From a virus (Duplodnaviria > Caudoviricetes): 64,000 bases of DNA. Within the stretch, counting starts at the first letter, position 1, and each line of letters starts with the position of its first letter. Position numbers and translations under genes: made by a program. The stretch lies in IMG/VR virus record IMGVR_UViG_2061766007_002263, one strand, 5' to 3'. Below, piece by piece: positions 47,924 through 56,487 of this stretch. The notes beneath the pieces are model-generated. The model did not search any database, had not been told where the DNA came from, and was given only the letters and a program-made list of their open reading frames with translations.

Positions 47924-50900
47924 CTATTTCCTCGACCAGCTTTGTCCTACACCATTTCCAGCTTCGGTAGGTTTGACTTCACCAGTTTCCTTATTAAGTT
48001 GCGCACGTACAGGAATACCATTGCGGTTCCAGTCCGTAAGCACGTCGTATATCTTCTCGACATACGGATTTATTGTTGTTCCACCTAACGCTTCTTCAGC
48101 ATTCGTAGGTGTCTTGAAATCCTGCTTTCCAACATGGCTGTTTGCAATCGCGTCATAAATAGCAACAAGGTCTCTTTTCCTGTCCGCCATTTTCTTCATT
48201 GCGTCGGCGATACTGCTCATTGCCGTAGCGATTGTCGTGAACTTATCTGCTATGTTTCCAAGTTTTATAAAGCTCTCAAGCCCCGCACGGAATGAATCGT
48301 TTCCTGCAAGTGACATCGCATTTATAAAGTTCTTGAAGTTATTTATATGCGATTCGTTCAGCTTCTTCATGCCGTCCTGCATTTTTCCCATTCCATTAAC
48401 AAAGTCCTGACCATAACGGGACATTAACGGTATTGCCGAGCTCGACATTATCTGTATGGAATTCTCTATTCCACTCGTGTCCAAGTTGCTCATTTTTCGT
48501 CCGGCAGTCTGAAGACCATCGAGTACACGGCTGAACGTATCAAAGAATCCAGATTCAACTACTTGCTGTACCGCTTCAAGAGGTGATACCATAACGTCCG
48601 TATCAAACAGCCCGAAAACATCCCAACTGTTGTGGTTCTTCTCACCGGATGCTTCTTTTTTAACAAGTGCCATCATGTCTTGTGACACTACTATTACCGC
48701 AGAAAGGAAGCGGTTCATGTTGTCTACGCCTTTGTTTATTACTTCCTCGCTGAATCTGCTTTCGTCGGACAGCTTTACTACAAGGTCTGCCATACGGTCA
48801 ATTCCGTCGATTAACGGTGTAATGGCTTGTACCGCTTGCAGATTCAAATCTTGCAAATCCGCACTGGCTATAGTTTCAAGTGTATCACATAATGTATATT
48901 GTCCCGGAATGCGTTTGTCGCCTTTATGTCCGAACAGACGTTCACATATTCTGAGCATCGCCGTCGTAGCGGCATTTATCTGTTCTTCCGGTATTCCGTC
49001 CTTAAGCTTTATTACCATATCAACCAAGAGGCTCATGGCTTCAGCTACGTTCTTTACAAGCTCACCGACTGCTTGTACTGTTTCGGCGGACTGTCCTTTG
49101 AACGCCGAGGCTGTGTCCGCAAGACTGTTCATTACCATTGACAGACCTTCAAATACCATTTTTATAAGCTCAGGGCTTATGTCTTTCATGGAAGCTTGAA
49201 GTGATTCAAAAGCCTTACCAATGTCTTGCGCGTTGCGCATGAAACTTGCCATAGGAGCGATTGCCAGTAAAGCGTCTACACCTAATGCCGCAAGCTTGGC
49301 GGCATTTTTTGTAGCGTCCCAGAGGACTCCTAAACTTATGTTCTCGCCGGGATTCATTTGGATTCCCAAAAATCCGAGCATTACGCCGAGTCCCATGTTT
49401 TTCAAGTTTTCGGCTATGTTTTTAATGTCAGTATCGCTTCCCAGCTCAGACATATTTTTCTTGACGCTTACTAATGCTTCAGCTGCTACAGAAGCAAGTA
49501 ATGCAAATACAGCCAATTCCGCGGCGAAACCAAGAGCCGGAATACTTGCTACCAATCCCAATGTCCACCATCCAGTATTCTCAGCCATTTGTTTTGCTAC
49601 CATGCCGATTTTATTTACCGTTTTATTTTCACCAGTGTCTGGGTCAGTCAGTTCAAGCAGGAGCTTGTCCGTTACCCATAACAGTACTATGCCGACTGTG
49701 AATACAAGGATAGATACAGTGAACAGCGCTGAGAATAACAGAAATGCAATCATTCCAAGCGCACTAAGAATAGTATTCTTTATGAAGTCTCCGTCGGAGA
49801 ACATTGACATCATATTTTGGATTCTTTGTATTACCGGAAAGTCACCTTTTTCCCCTGCGACGAGACCTATAAGCACGTCAGACAGTTTAAGTAAAAGAAG
49901 TCCGGCATTGAATATAATTAACGTCGTCAAGAACAGTATAGAGAACGTAAGGAATCCGAGCATCGTAACGAATGCTCCCCATACCATTCCCATCATTGCG
50001 CTGAATCTTGTCGTTATAGTCTGTATCGCGTTCAATACATTGTCCACTGATTCTTGCTGCACATTTATGCTTTGCATGAGCTTTATGGCTATCGAGAACA
50101 GAATCATGGATACAGCGAGGCTAATCATTACGCTTGTAACGCCCGCAAGTGCCATTAATGCAGGTACGCAGAGCAGTCCGATAACTATGAGCGTTCCGAT
50201 GAATGTAATCATCGCGAGCAGACCTTTCATTGCGTCTATAAAATGTTTTCCTACATTTATAAGTATAGTAAGAGCAAGTCCATAAAGCAGGAATGATAAT
50301 CCCAATTGCAAAAATACTCTTGTAAGCTCGGTGATTATAGGGTGTGCTTTTCCGGCGGCTATGGCTACGGTAGTAAGAGTCGAAATCATCTTGGCCATGA
50401 ATCCTACGTTTACCAATGCTAACGGAGCAAACGGAAGAGTCAGAGCGAGTATTATTGTCGCGGTGGCGTATGTTTTAAGGCATCCTATTATCTGTGTCAT
50501 GCCTCTTGCGAAAGACTCAAAATCCTTCATGCTTGCTGCGAGGCTTTTTGATGATTCAATCATTTTGTTGACAAAAATAGCGAAGCTTTCTGTGGCTTTC
50601 TTTACTAAGGCTGAAGGAGCTAATGCCAGTATTACCGCACCTTCGGCAAATATTTTGAATGTTTTCCCAAGGTTCTCAAAGCTCTTGGGGTCGAGTCCCG
50701 TTATGCTCGCTTTCTTTTCTTTTGGCTCCGGACTCTCAGCTTTGAGTTTCTTTGATTTCTTGCCGCCGGGTATCTGTGACGAAATCTGATTCAATAAATC
50801 CTCTATGGAAAGAAGTACGCTCTGCATTTCTTTAAGCGTGGTAATCGGTTCGTCCGTAACAGCCGGTTTACCCGGTGTTGCCGGAGTCATAGTATTTAAT

Positions 50901-51580
50901 TTTTGAAAGTATTTGTCAATGTTATCCGAAAGCCCCGCAATATCCTCTTTGCTGGGCATCCGCAATGCTATCTGCTGGAGTATTGTTGTAAATGACCCAG
51001 TGGAGTCTATTAAGCCTTCGTTATTAGGAATCTTGTTTACGATGTTGTTCAAACTTTCCTGAATCTGTTCCGGCAGTTCTATTGCAATACTGCTGCCCGG
51101 TATTTTGTCGAGTATACTTTTAAGGTTGTCAGATACTTCTTGGAATGGTGTTTGAATCTGCTTGCCTATATCAGGAAACTCCATGTATTTTGGAAGCTCG
51201 GCTATTGTCTGTACTAGGGTGCTTAACTGCTGCTGTATTGAAAGCAATGTGGAATTAATGAGCAGTGCGCCCATTATGTATTTGCCACTGTAGCCGTTTA
51301 AGTCCGAGACGTTTACTTTTGTGCTTACTTTTCCGGGCTTGCTGTCACTCTGCGTATCGGAAGACTCCTCAGTATTAGCCTCTTTATTTCCTACTACTGA
51401 TTTTATTACTTCTGTTACCATTTCCGACATGACCTTTCCGCCGTCTTTAGAGAAGCCGGTTATAACGGAGAGTATGTCTTCCAGAGAATCTTTTAAATCT
51501 TCAAGGGTGGTATGGGATTCTTCGTGAAGACCCGTAAGCTCATCCAGCGTCTTCTCTCCCAAATCAGTAGTAATAGTCAT
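47924..51580 (-). CDS. tape measure protein
   Basis: 1218 aa, Ala/Leu/Met-rich helical with long hydrophobic centre; between tail chaperones and baseplate genes. Confidence 0.75.
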   Translation of the reverse strand: MTITTDLGEKTLDELTGLHEESHTTLEDLKDSLEDILSVITGFSKDGGKVMSEMVTEVIKSVVGNKEANTEESSDTQSDSKPGKVSTKVNVSDLNGYSGKYIMGALLINSTLLSIQQQLSTLVQTIAELPKYMEFPDIGKQIQTPFQEVSDNLKSILDKIPGSSIAIELPEQIQESLNNIVNKIPNNEGLIDSTGSFTTILQQIALRMPSKEDIAGLSDNIDKYFQKLNTMTPATPGKPAVTDEPITTLKEMQSVLLSIEDLLNQISSQIPGGKKSKKLKAESPEPKEKKASITGLDPKSFENLGKTFKIFAEGAVILALAPSALVKKATESFAIFVNKMIESSKSLAASMKDFESFARGMTQIIGCLKTYATATIILALTLPFAPLALVNVGFMAKMISTLTTVAIAAGKAHPIITELTRVFLQLGLSFLLYGLALTILINVGKHFIDAMKGLLAMITFIGTLIVIGLLCVPALMALAGVTSVMISLAVSMILFSIAIKLMQSINVQQESVDNVLNAIQTITTRFSAMMGMVWGAFVTMLGFLTFSILFLTTLIIFNAGLLLLKLSDVLIGLVAGEKGDFPVIQRIQNMMSMFSDGDFIKNTILSALGMIAFLLFSALFTVSILVFTVGIVLLWVTDKLLLELTDPDTGENKTVNKIGMVAKQMAENTGWWTLGLVASIPALGFAAELAVFALLASVAAEALVSVKKNMSELGSDTDIKNIAENLKNMGLGVMLGFLGIQMNPGENISLGVLWDATKNAAKLAALGVDALLAIAPMASFMRNAQDIGKAFESLQASMKDISPELIKMVFEGLSMVMNSLADTASAFKGQSAETVQAVGELVKNVAEAMSLLVDMVIKLKDGIPEEQINAATTAMLRICERLFGHKGDKRIPGQYTLCDTLETIASADLQDLNLQAVQAITPLIDGIDRMADLVVKLSDESRFSEEVINKGVDNMNRFLSAVIVVSQDMMALVKKEASGEKNHNSWDVFGLFDTDVMVSPLEAVQQVVESGFFDTFSRVLDGLQTAGRKMSNLDTSGIENSIQIMSSSAIPLMSRYGQDFVNGMGKMQDGMKKLNESHINNFKNFINAMSLAGNDSFRAGLESFIKLGNIADKFTTIATAMSSIADAMKKMADRKRDLVAIYDAIANSHVGKQDFKTPTNAEEALGGTTINPYVEKIYDVLTDWNRNGIPVRAQLNKETGEVKPTEAGNGVGQSWSRK

Positions 51581-51586
51581 ATAATA

Positions 51587-51593
51587 ATTTAGT
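51587..51593 (-). promoter_or_regulatory. phage late-type promoter motif ACTAAAT (tape measure; leaderless)
   Basis: 6 nt from ATG, no SD sequence. Confidence 0.6.
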
Positions 51594-51635
51594 TGTGAAT
51601 TTATGTTTCCTTGAGTTGTGTAGGTTCAGGCTTAT

Positions 51636-51671
51636 AAAAAAAAGAGCCATATCTTTTTCAAGGTATGGCTC
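51636..51671 (-). terminator. intrinsic terminator
   Basis: Minus-strand stem GAGCCATACCTT/AAGATATGGCTC followed by T8. Confidence 0.8.
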
Positions 51672-51680
51672 GTGATTTCA

Positions 51681-51995
51681 CTAGATGTGTGGTACGCTCG
51701 GCATACTTACATTCGGTACTTTTGCCATGCTTTGAGCTGAGTTCATCATGCTTCTTGCCTGACCCATGTAGCTGCTTACGTCTATGCCTTGCTCTTTTCC
51801 GGCATTCTTTTCCTGCTCTTGCCTGTACTTATCTTCATCCTCAAGCTGTTTTCTCAACGCTATGAACGTTCCTAGTACCAGCTCAAACGGAAGCGGAAGA
51901 AGCTGGGCGAATCCACATGAAGTTTTTCTACTCAAACTCGTAAGTAGTTGTATTAGTTGTGCCAGAGTAAAAGGCTGAAATAAGAGTATCGACTC
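51681..51995 (-). CDS. tail assembly chaperone, C-terminal extension (probably reached by +1 frameshift)
   Basis: Frame is open upstream of the tracked TTG and overlaps the end of the previous gene; no ATG or RBS; L.LP.......ALRKQLEDE resembles gp51/gpT-type chaperone tails. Confidence 0.6.
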   Translation of the reverse strand, partial: ESILLFQPFTLAQLIQLLTSLSRKTSCGFAQLLPLPFELVLGTFIALRKQLEDEDKYRQEQEKNAGKEQGIDVSSYMGQARSMMNSAQSMAKVPNVSMPSVPHI

Positions 51996-53007
51996 GAAAG
52001 GGATAATTGTATTTTCCCGGCCTTCCCGTTATCGGGTTAGTGATGGAAATTTCATTATCCACTCCGAACTTCTGGTTCTGAAAGAAGTCCAGTACGCCTT
52101 GATATGTAATATGGTCCAATTCCGGGTCATTGGCATATTCAAACTTTTGGTCTAATGGAAGCTTCGAGATGTCTTTTCCATTAACTTCAAGAAGCTGCAA
52201 TGCTTTATAACAGAGCATCATGTCTTTTGTTTTCTTTCGGCTGTACTCATAATATGCGTCCTTGTCTTTCTGGGGAACGTCAGGTATAGAGCGGAGATTG
52301 ATGTTCTCGCCGTTCCGCCATCTTTTCTCATTGTCCTCGCGGAACTTTAGCATTCTTCCGATAGGTTCGAACTGCTTGTCTTGTGCTTCCCATTTCTTTT
52401 TTGTATAATTTGCTACTACTATAGCATCACCATATCTAGGAACGCCGAACTTGTAGGTATTTCCGTTTGCTTTTTTTACACGAATATTTGGATGAAAATC
52501 GTCTGGGAGCTCATGAAACTGTACTTTATTCAAATCCAACGTAAACTTTATAGACTGAGCTTTGAGGTTTCTTTCGGCACGTTTGAATTCGTCAGAATCA
52601 CGCCCGCCGTTGATTTCGGCTACATAATCCCAGTCCTCTTCAGTAGGGGTATATTCAAGTCCTTCAATCTTGCTCGAATAACATGTTTTATAAAGTATCA
52701 AAAGCGTTTCAATTACTTCTTTTTCATTGAAATCTTTTATGGAAATGTCTTTTTCCCATATAAGGTCGTCCAGACAATCTGCAAGCTTTATAGGCAGCTC
52801 TTCTGGCTGGACCATCGATAAGTCTATCATACCTTCTGTGGTGAAGTTTTTCATGTGAAATGTCGCTGGTGCACATCCGAGTCTTCCTTTTTCGGACAAA
52901 TTGATTGTATAATATCCAGCGGGTATTGAAGTCATTTCTTCAATTTCCTTTTGGGATTGACGAAGAAGCTCCAAGTCCTCTATTTTCTGTTCATCTCTAT
53001 CTTTCAT
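51928..53007 (-). CDS. tail/baseplate assembly chaperone (gp26/gpG-like)
   Basis: Directly upstream of tape measure; MKNFTTE, ITNPITG, terminal PFR; AGGAGG RBS. Confidence 0.6.
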   Translation of the reverse strand: MKDRDEQKIEDLELLRQSQKEIEEMTSIPAGYYTINLSEKGRLGCAPATFHMKNFTTEGMIDLSMVQPEELPIKLADCLDDLIWEKDISIKDFNEKEVIETLLILYKTCYSSKIEGLEYTPTEEDWDYVAEINGGRDSDEFKRAERNLKAQSIKFTLDLNKVQFHELPDDFHPNIRVKKANGNTYKFGVPRYGDAIVVANYTKKKWEAQDKQFEPIGRMLKFREDNEKRWRNGENINLRSIPDVPQKDKDAYYEYSRKKTKDMMLCYKALQLLEVNGKDISKLPLDQKFEYANDPELDHITYQGVLDFFQNQKFGVDNEISITNPITGRPGKYNYPFRVDTLISAFYSGTTNTTTYEFE

Positions 53008-53096
53008 GTGATTAGAAAAGACCTCCTTATGTTGAATACATTTTGTGAATATTTAGTCTTGTTGTTTGAAACCCAAAAATCAATTAAAATCCACTT

Positions 53097-53131
53097 AAAA
53101 AAATACCCCGGATTTTGGATTTAATCCGGGG
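53097..53131 (-). terminator. intrinsic terminator
   Basis: CCCCGGATT-N8-AATCCGGGG with T-tract on the minus strand. Confidence 0.7.
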
Positions 53132-53148
53132 CTTTCTTTTAAGAAAAC

Positions 53149-56100
53149 TTAATTAATTGAAAAGCGTTGTTTTTTTACATGCGTTTCTTTATGTGATTCA
53201 CGATAGACTTCCATGAAGAAATCTTCAATGGATTCGTCAAACTTGAATCTCATGTTACAGTAATTCGGGTCCAAGAATTTTTCGTCGTAATCGATTACTA
53301 TGTTTGTCATGTTTGTTATACCCTTGTCTATTAGTTCCTTTGATTTGACGATACTCTTACCAATAACGAATCCGTCATATACTGTAATGTTGTCACCGGG
53401 GTTGTCCCACATTAACGTAGTACCTTCATTGTCTGGTTTATAAAGTTTGATACCCTTAGCTTTAATAGCCGCTTGGAATGCATTCCAACTATCTTTAGTA
53501 ATATCCTTTATGTATTGACCTTTCAAGTTAACGTCGATTACTTTAAGGATATCTAGGTCAATATCAAACTCCTTAAAAAGCTTTTTCAATGATTCATACT
53601 TACCCTTGTTATTAAGCTCAGTAATGATGTCACTCATAAGTTTCTTATCTACGAGAATTACACGTCTTGTAGTATACCATTCCGGAATGTCATATGTTTC
53701 TTTGGAAACAGTATGATTCAGGTTGGCTGCTTCGATGTTCCTTATAAACATTGTCTCCCCCGGAATAAATACTTTCGAGAGACAACCACCAAGATTCGGA
53801 GAATCAATACCATAATCTTGATGTATCTTTTCTGATGTAAACTCACCAAGTACAATTCTTAAGTTAAGAACGGCTTTGTCGAATGCGTCTTTTTTTGCTG
53901 GGTCCGGATTCACAAGATAGTCATTGTATGCTTCGATGTTGATGTCGAGCTTATCACCAAGTCTTATAATTTGATTATAACAATTTTCATAGACTTTTTT
54001 TAATGGTGCAAGAAGTTTTACATTTGTAAATTCAAGACCATTTTTGAATTTCTCGCCACCGTTGTTCATTGACACCGTATTGTTATCTTTATAAATAAAA
54101 TAAAGACCTTGGTTACTGCGAATACTTCTAAGAAGTTCAAACGGTGTTTTGTCTACAGACCGGAAATCCTCATCATGCCCACGTCCAGAAAGCAGACCAT
54201 AAACAAAAGGATTCTTTGAAGAACCGTCCGCGTCGTTTCTAGCAATGTGAGTCATGTGTTGTGGAAGCCAAGCGGCTTTACGTCCGACCTTTGTTTTTCC
54301 TCCGACATAGCTGAGAACATTACGTACTGTAAGCGTAGGTTTGTCGATACTTGTATATACAAACTTTGCAAGATACATTACAGAAAGGAAACCACGGAAC
54401 TTCAATGCCTGGAACCAGAAGTTATCTTCAGGCGTTTCCATGGCTGTTTTATACTGTATCTGTATTCTTGTAGCCATAGCGGTTATGTCGTCTTGAAGCA
54501 TAATACGGTTTTCTACGTAGTCTTGTATGTTTTCCGGAGAAGCGATACTGTCTAACAAGCTTCTTTCATTATCGTCTTTTGAGTTGATAGGCGCGTTTAA
54601 TGATTGTGATGAGAATGCGTTGTTTATTTTAATTCTGGCTTCTTTCCAAAGATTATTTGTATCAATCATGTTTTGCCGTTTAACTGGGTCTTTTTCGTTT
54701 TCAATCTCGTCATCTTCATAATACTTTTTGCCATACAGTTGACTAATACCGGCTCTGTTAGCTCCACTTAATGTTACTGCTTTTAAGAAATTTCTAAAAT
54801 CTGTAGCAACAATGTTTGCGATGTATGAGAAAGGTTCAATTTGACATTTAACGGTAGTTACCTCATTTTTGAACTTTACAAAGTCTTCAATTTGTTCGTC
54901 TGTAAGGTCGTTCATGTCTTTCAAGCTCTTGATGCTGTCATCAGATATACCTTGTTTTGTAAGAGATACAACGTCTCCGTCAAAGCCTTTTGCTTTAGTT
55001 GCGCCAGTACCATGAACTTTTCTATGGATGTTGATGCTAAAATCTCCAATCTCGTTGGATTTCATTTCGCTGAACATAGCGTTCATCTTATTATAGACAT
55101 TACTACCGAATGCGGAGTTGTTGTTGAGCCATCCTGTGTCAAATATGCATAAAGGCCCGGCATTTGCATTGTCCAATGTTGCGTAGCCACGGAGTCTGTC
55201 GTCATAAAATGCTCTTACTGCTACACGTCCACCCAAGAAAGCATTGTAAGCGTCCGAAATCAAATCACGTAACATTTCAGTATCTGAAATGTCCGCCATC
55301 ATTTCTCCACGTCCTAAGAAGTAGAGAGCTCTATAAATGCTATCTTTTGAGCCGAATACTTTTGCTCCGGCAAGTGGCCATTTTCCGGCATATCCAGTTT
55401 TCGCTACTTTTATTAAAGACGGCGCAATCTTGGTGAACATGAACAAAAGAATGTTATTCTTGTATGTTTTTGGCTTGGCATTATTTGCCGGGTCTTCAAT
55501 TTCAGTCGAACCAGTAAGAATCTCATTTCTGGCTTCTTCTACATGTTTCTGTGTATCGAGGTAATGTTTCTTAACATATGAGTTTCTTTTGGTGCCTTCG
55601 TCACCAGATTCAAATACTACTTTAAGAATATCTTTTATTTTAGGGTTTTTATTATAGATTTCTACGCCAATTTTCCAAAGGACAAACTCGTTCATACAAG
55701 CTATCGTATTAAAATACGGCTCTTCTTTTTTAACGGTATCTCCAAAATGAATCGGCCATCCGTCAGGTGTCTGAAACATTACGGTTATTTCGTCTTTTTG
55801 CCCAGTACTGGTGAATCCGAAATATTTCTCATATTCATCAAAGTCTTTTAATGCAGTGTCATTAATGTTAAGTGCTTCTCTTATTACTTTATTGATACTC
55901 TCATATTTCTTTTTGGTAGAATTATTGGTTGATGTTTCGACGTTATCATTGAGTTCCAATGAACTCTGACCTTCATCTACTGAAGCATCAATAGCTGCTT
56001 TATCAAGAGCTTCTGTATCATTGCCGTCTTCAACCTGAGTTTTTTCGTCTTCTTCGGCTTCTTTTGTATTATTTTCAACACTATTCAAAGTGTCATTCGT

Positions 56101-56367
56101 CGCTTCGTCTTTTTCATCAGATATGTCAGTATTTTCGGCAGGTATGTCTTCTTGTTTGACATCTTCTGCTGGTATAGCGTTTAAGTCGTCTTTATATGTG
56201 TCCCAAAATTCCGCAAGCTCGTCCGGATTGTCCTTGACCATCTCATAGTTGTCTTCTATAGATTCCACGTCGTCTGGATGAGCTTTCAGGATTATGTCTA
56301 ATTTCTTTTCGTCAGTCAGAGCATTCTCTGATTCTTTGAAAAGCTGTGTAAAACGTATTTTCTTCAT
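53149..56367 (-). CDS. 1072-aa protein, likely head-internal; contains sigma-factor-like motifs
   Basis: Acidic N-terminus, repeated YES/ES..L.E motifs, GCTAATT late-type motif at 56409-56415; see findings. Confidence 0.6.
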   Translation of the reverse strand: MKKIRFTQLFKESENALTDEKKLDIILKAHPDDVESIEDNYEMVKDNPDELAEFWDTYKDDLNAIPAEDVKQEDIPAENTDISDEKDEATNDTLNSVENNTKEAEEDEKTQVEDGNDTEALDKAAIDASVDEGQSSLELNDNVETSTNNSTKKKYESINKVIREALNINDTALKDFDEYEKYFGFTSTGQKDEITVMFQTPDGWPIHFGDTVKKEEPYFNTIACMNEFVLWKIGVEIYNKNPKIKDILKVVFESGDEGTKRNSYVKKHYLDTQKHVEEARNEILTGSTEIEDPANNAKPKTYKNNILLFMFTKIAPSLIKVAKTGYAGKWPLAGAKVFGSKDSIYRALYFLGRGEMMADISDTEMLRDLISDAYNAFLGGRVAVRAFYDDRLRGYATLDNANAGPLCIFDTGWLNNNSAFGSNVYNKMNAMFSEMKSNEIGDFSINIHRKVHGTGATKAKGFDGDVVSLTKQGISDDSIKSLKDMNDLTDEQIEDFVKFKNEVTTVKCQIEPFSYIANIVATDFRNFLKAVTLSGANRAGISQLYGKKYYEDDEIENEKDPVKRQNMIDTNNLWKEARIKINNAFSSQSLNAPINSKDDNERSLLDSIASPENIQDYVENRIMLQDDITAMATRIQIQYKTAMETPEDNFWFQALKFRGFLSVMYLAKFVYTSIDKPTLTVRNVLSYVGGKTKVGRKAAWLPQHMTHIARNDADGSSKNPFVYGLLSGRGHDEDFRSVDKTPFELLRSIRSNQGLYFIYKDNNTVSMNNGGEKFKNGLEFTNVKLLAPLKKVYENCYNQIIRLGDKLDINIEAYNDYLVNPDPAKKDAFDKAVLNLRIVLGEFTSEKIHQDYGIDSPNLGGCLSKVFIPGETMFIRNIEAANLNHTVSKETYDIPEWYTTRRVILVDKKLMSDIITELNNKGKYESLKKLFKEFDIDLDILKVIDVNLKGQYIKDITKDSWNAFQAAIKAKGIKLYKPDNEGTTLMWDNPGDNITVYDGFVIGKSIVKSKELIDKGITNMTNIVIDYDEKFLDPNYCNMRFKFDESIEDFFMEVYRESHKETHVKKQRFSIN

Positions 56368-56487
56368 GTCTAGGAAATCCCCTTTTCAAAAAAGTTCGTG
56401 AATTATATAATTAGCGAAACTTTGAAAAAAAGGAAGTCTTCGACATTTTTCAGAGCCAAAGGCTTCCTTTTTGAATTATTTTTAAGA

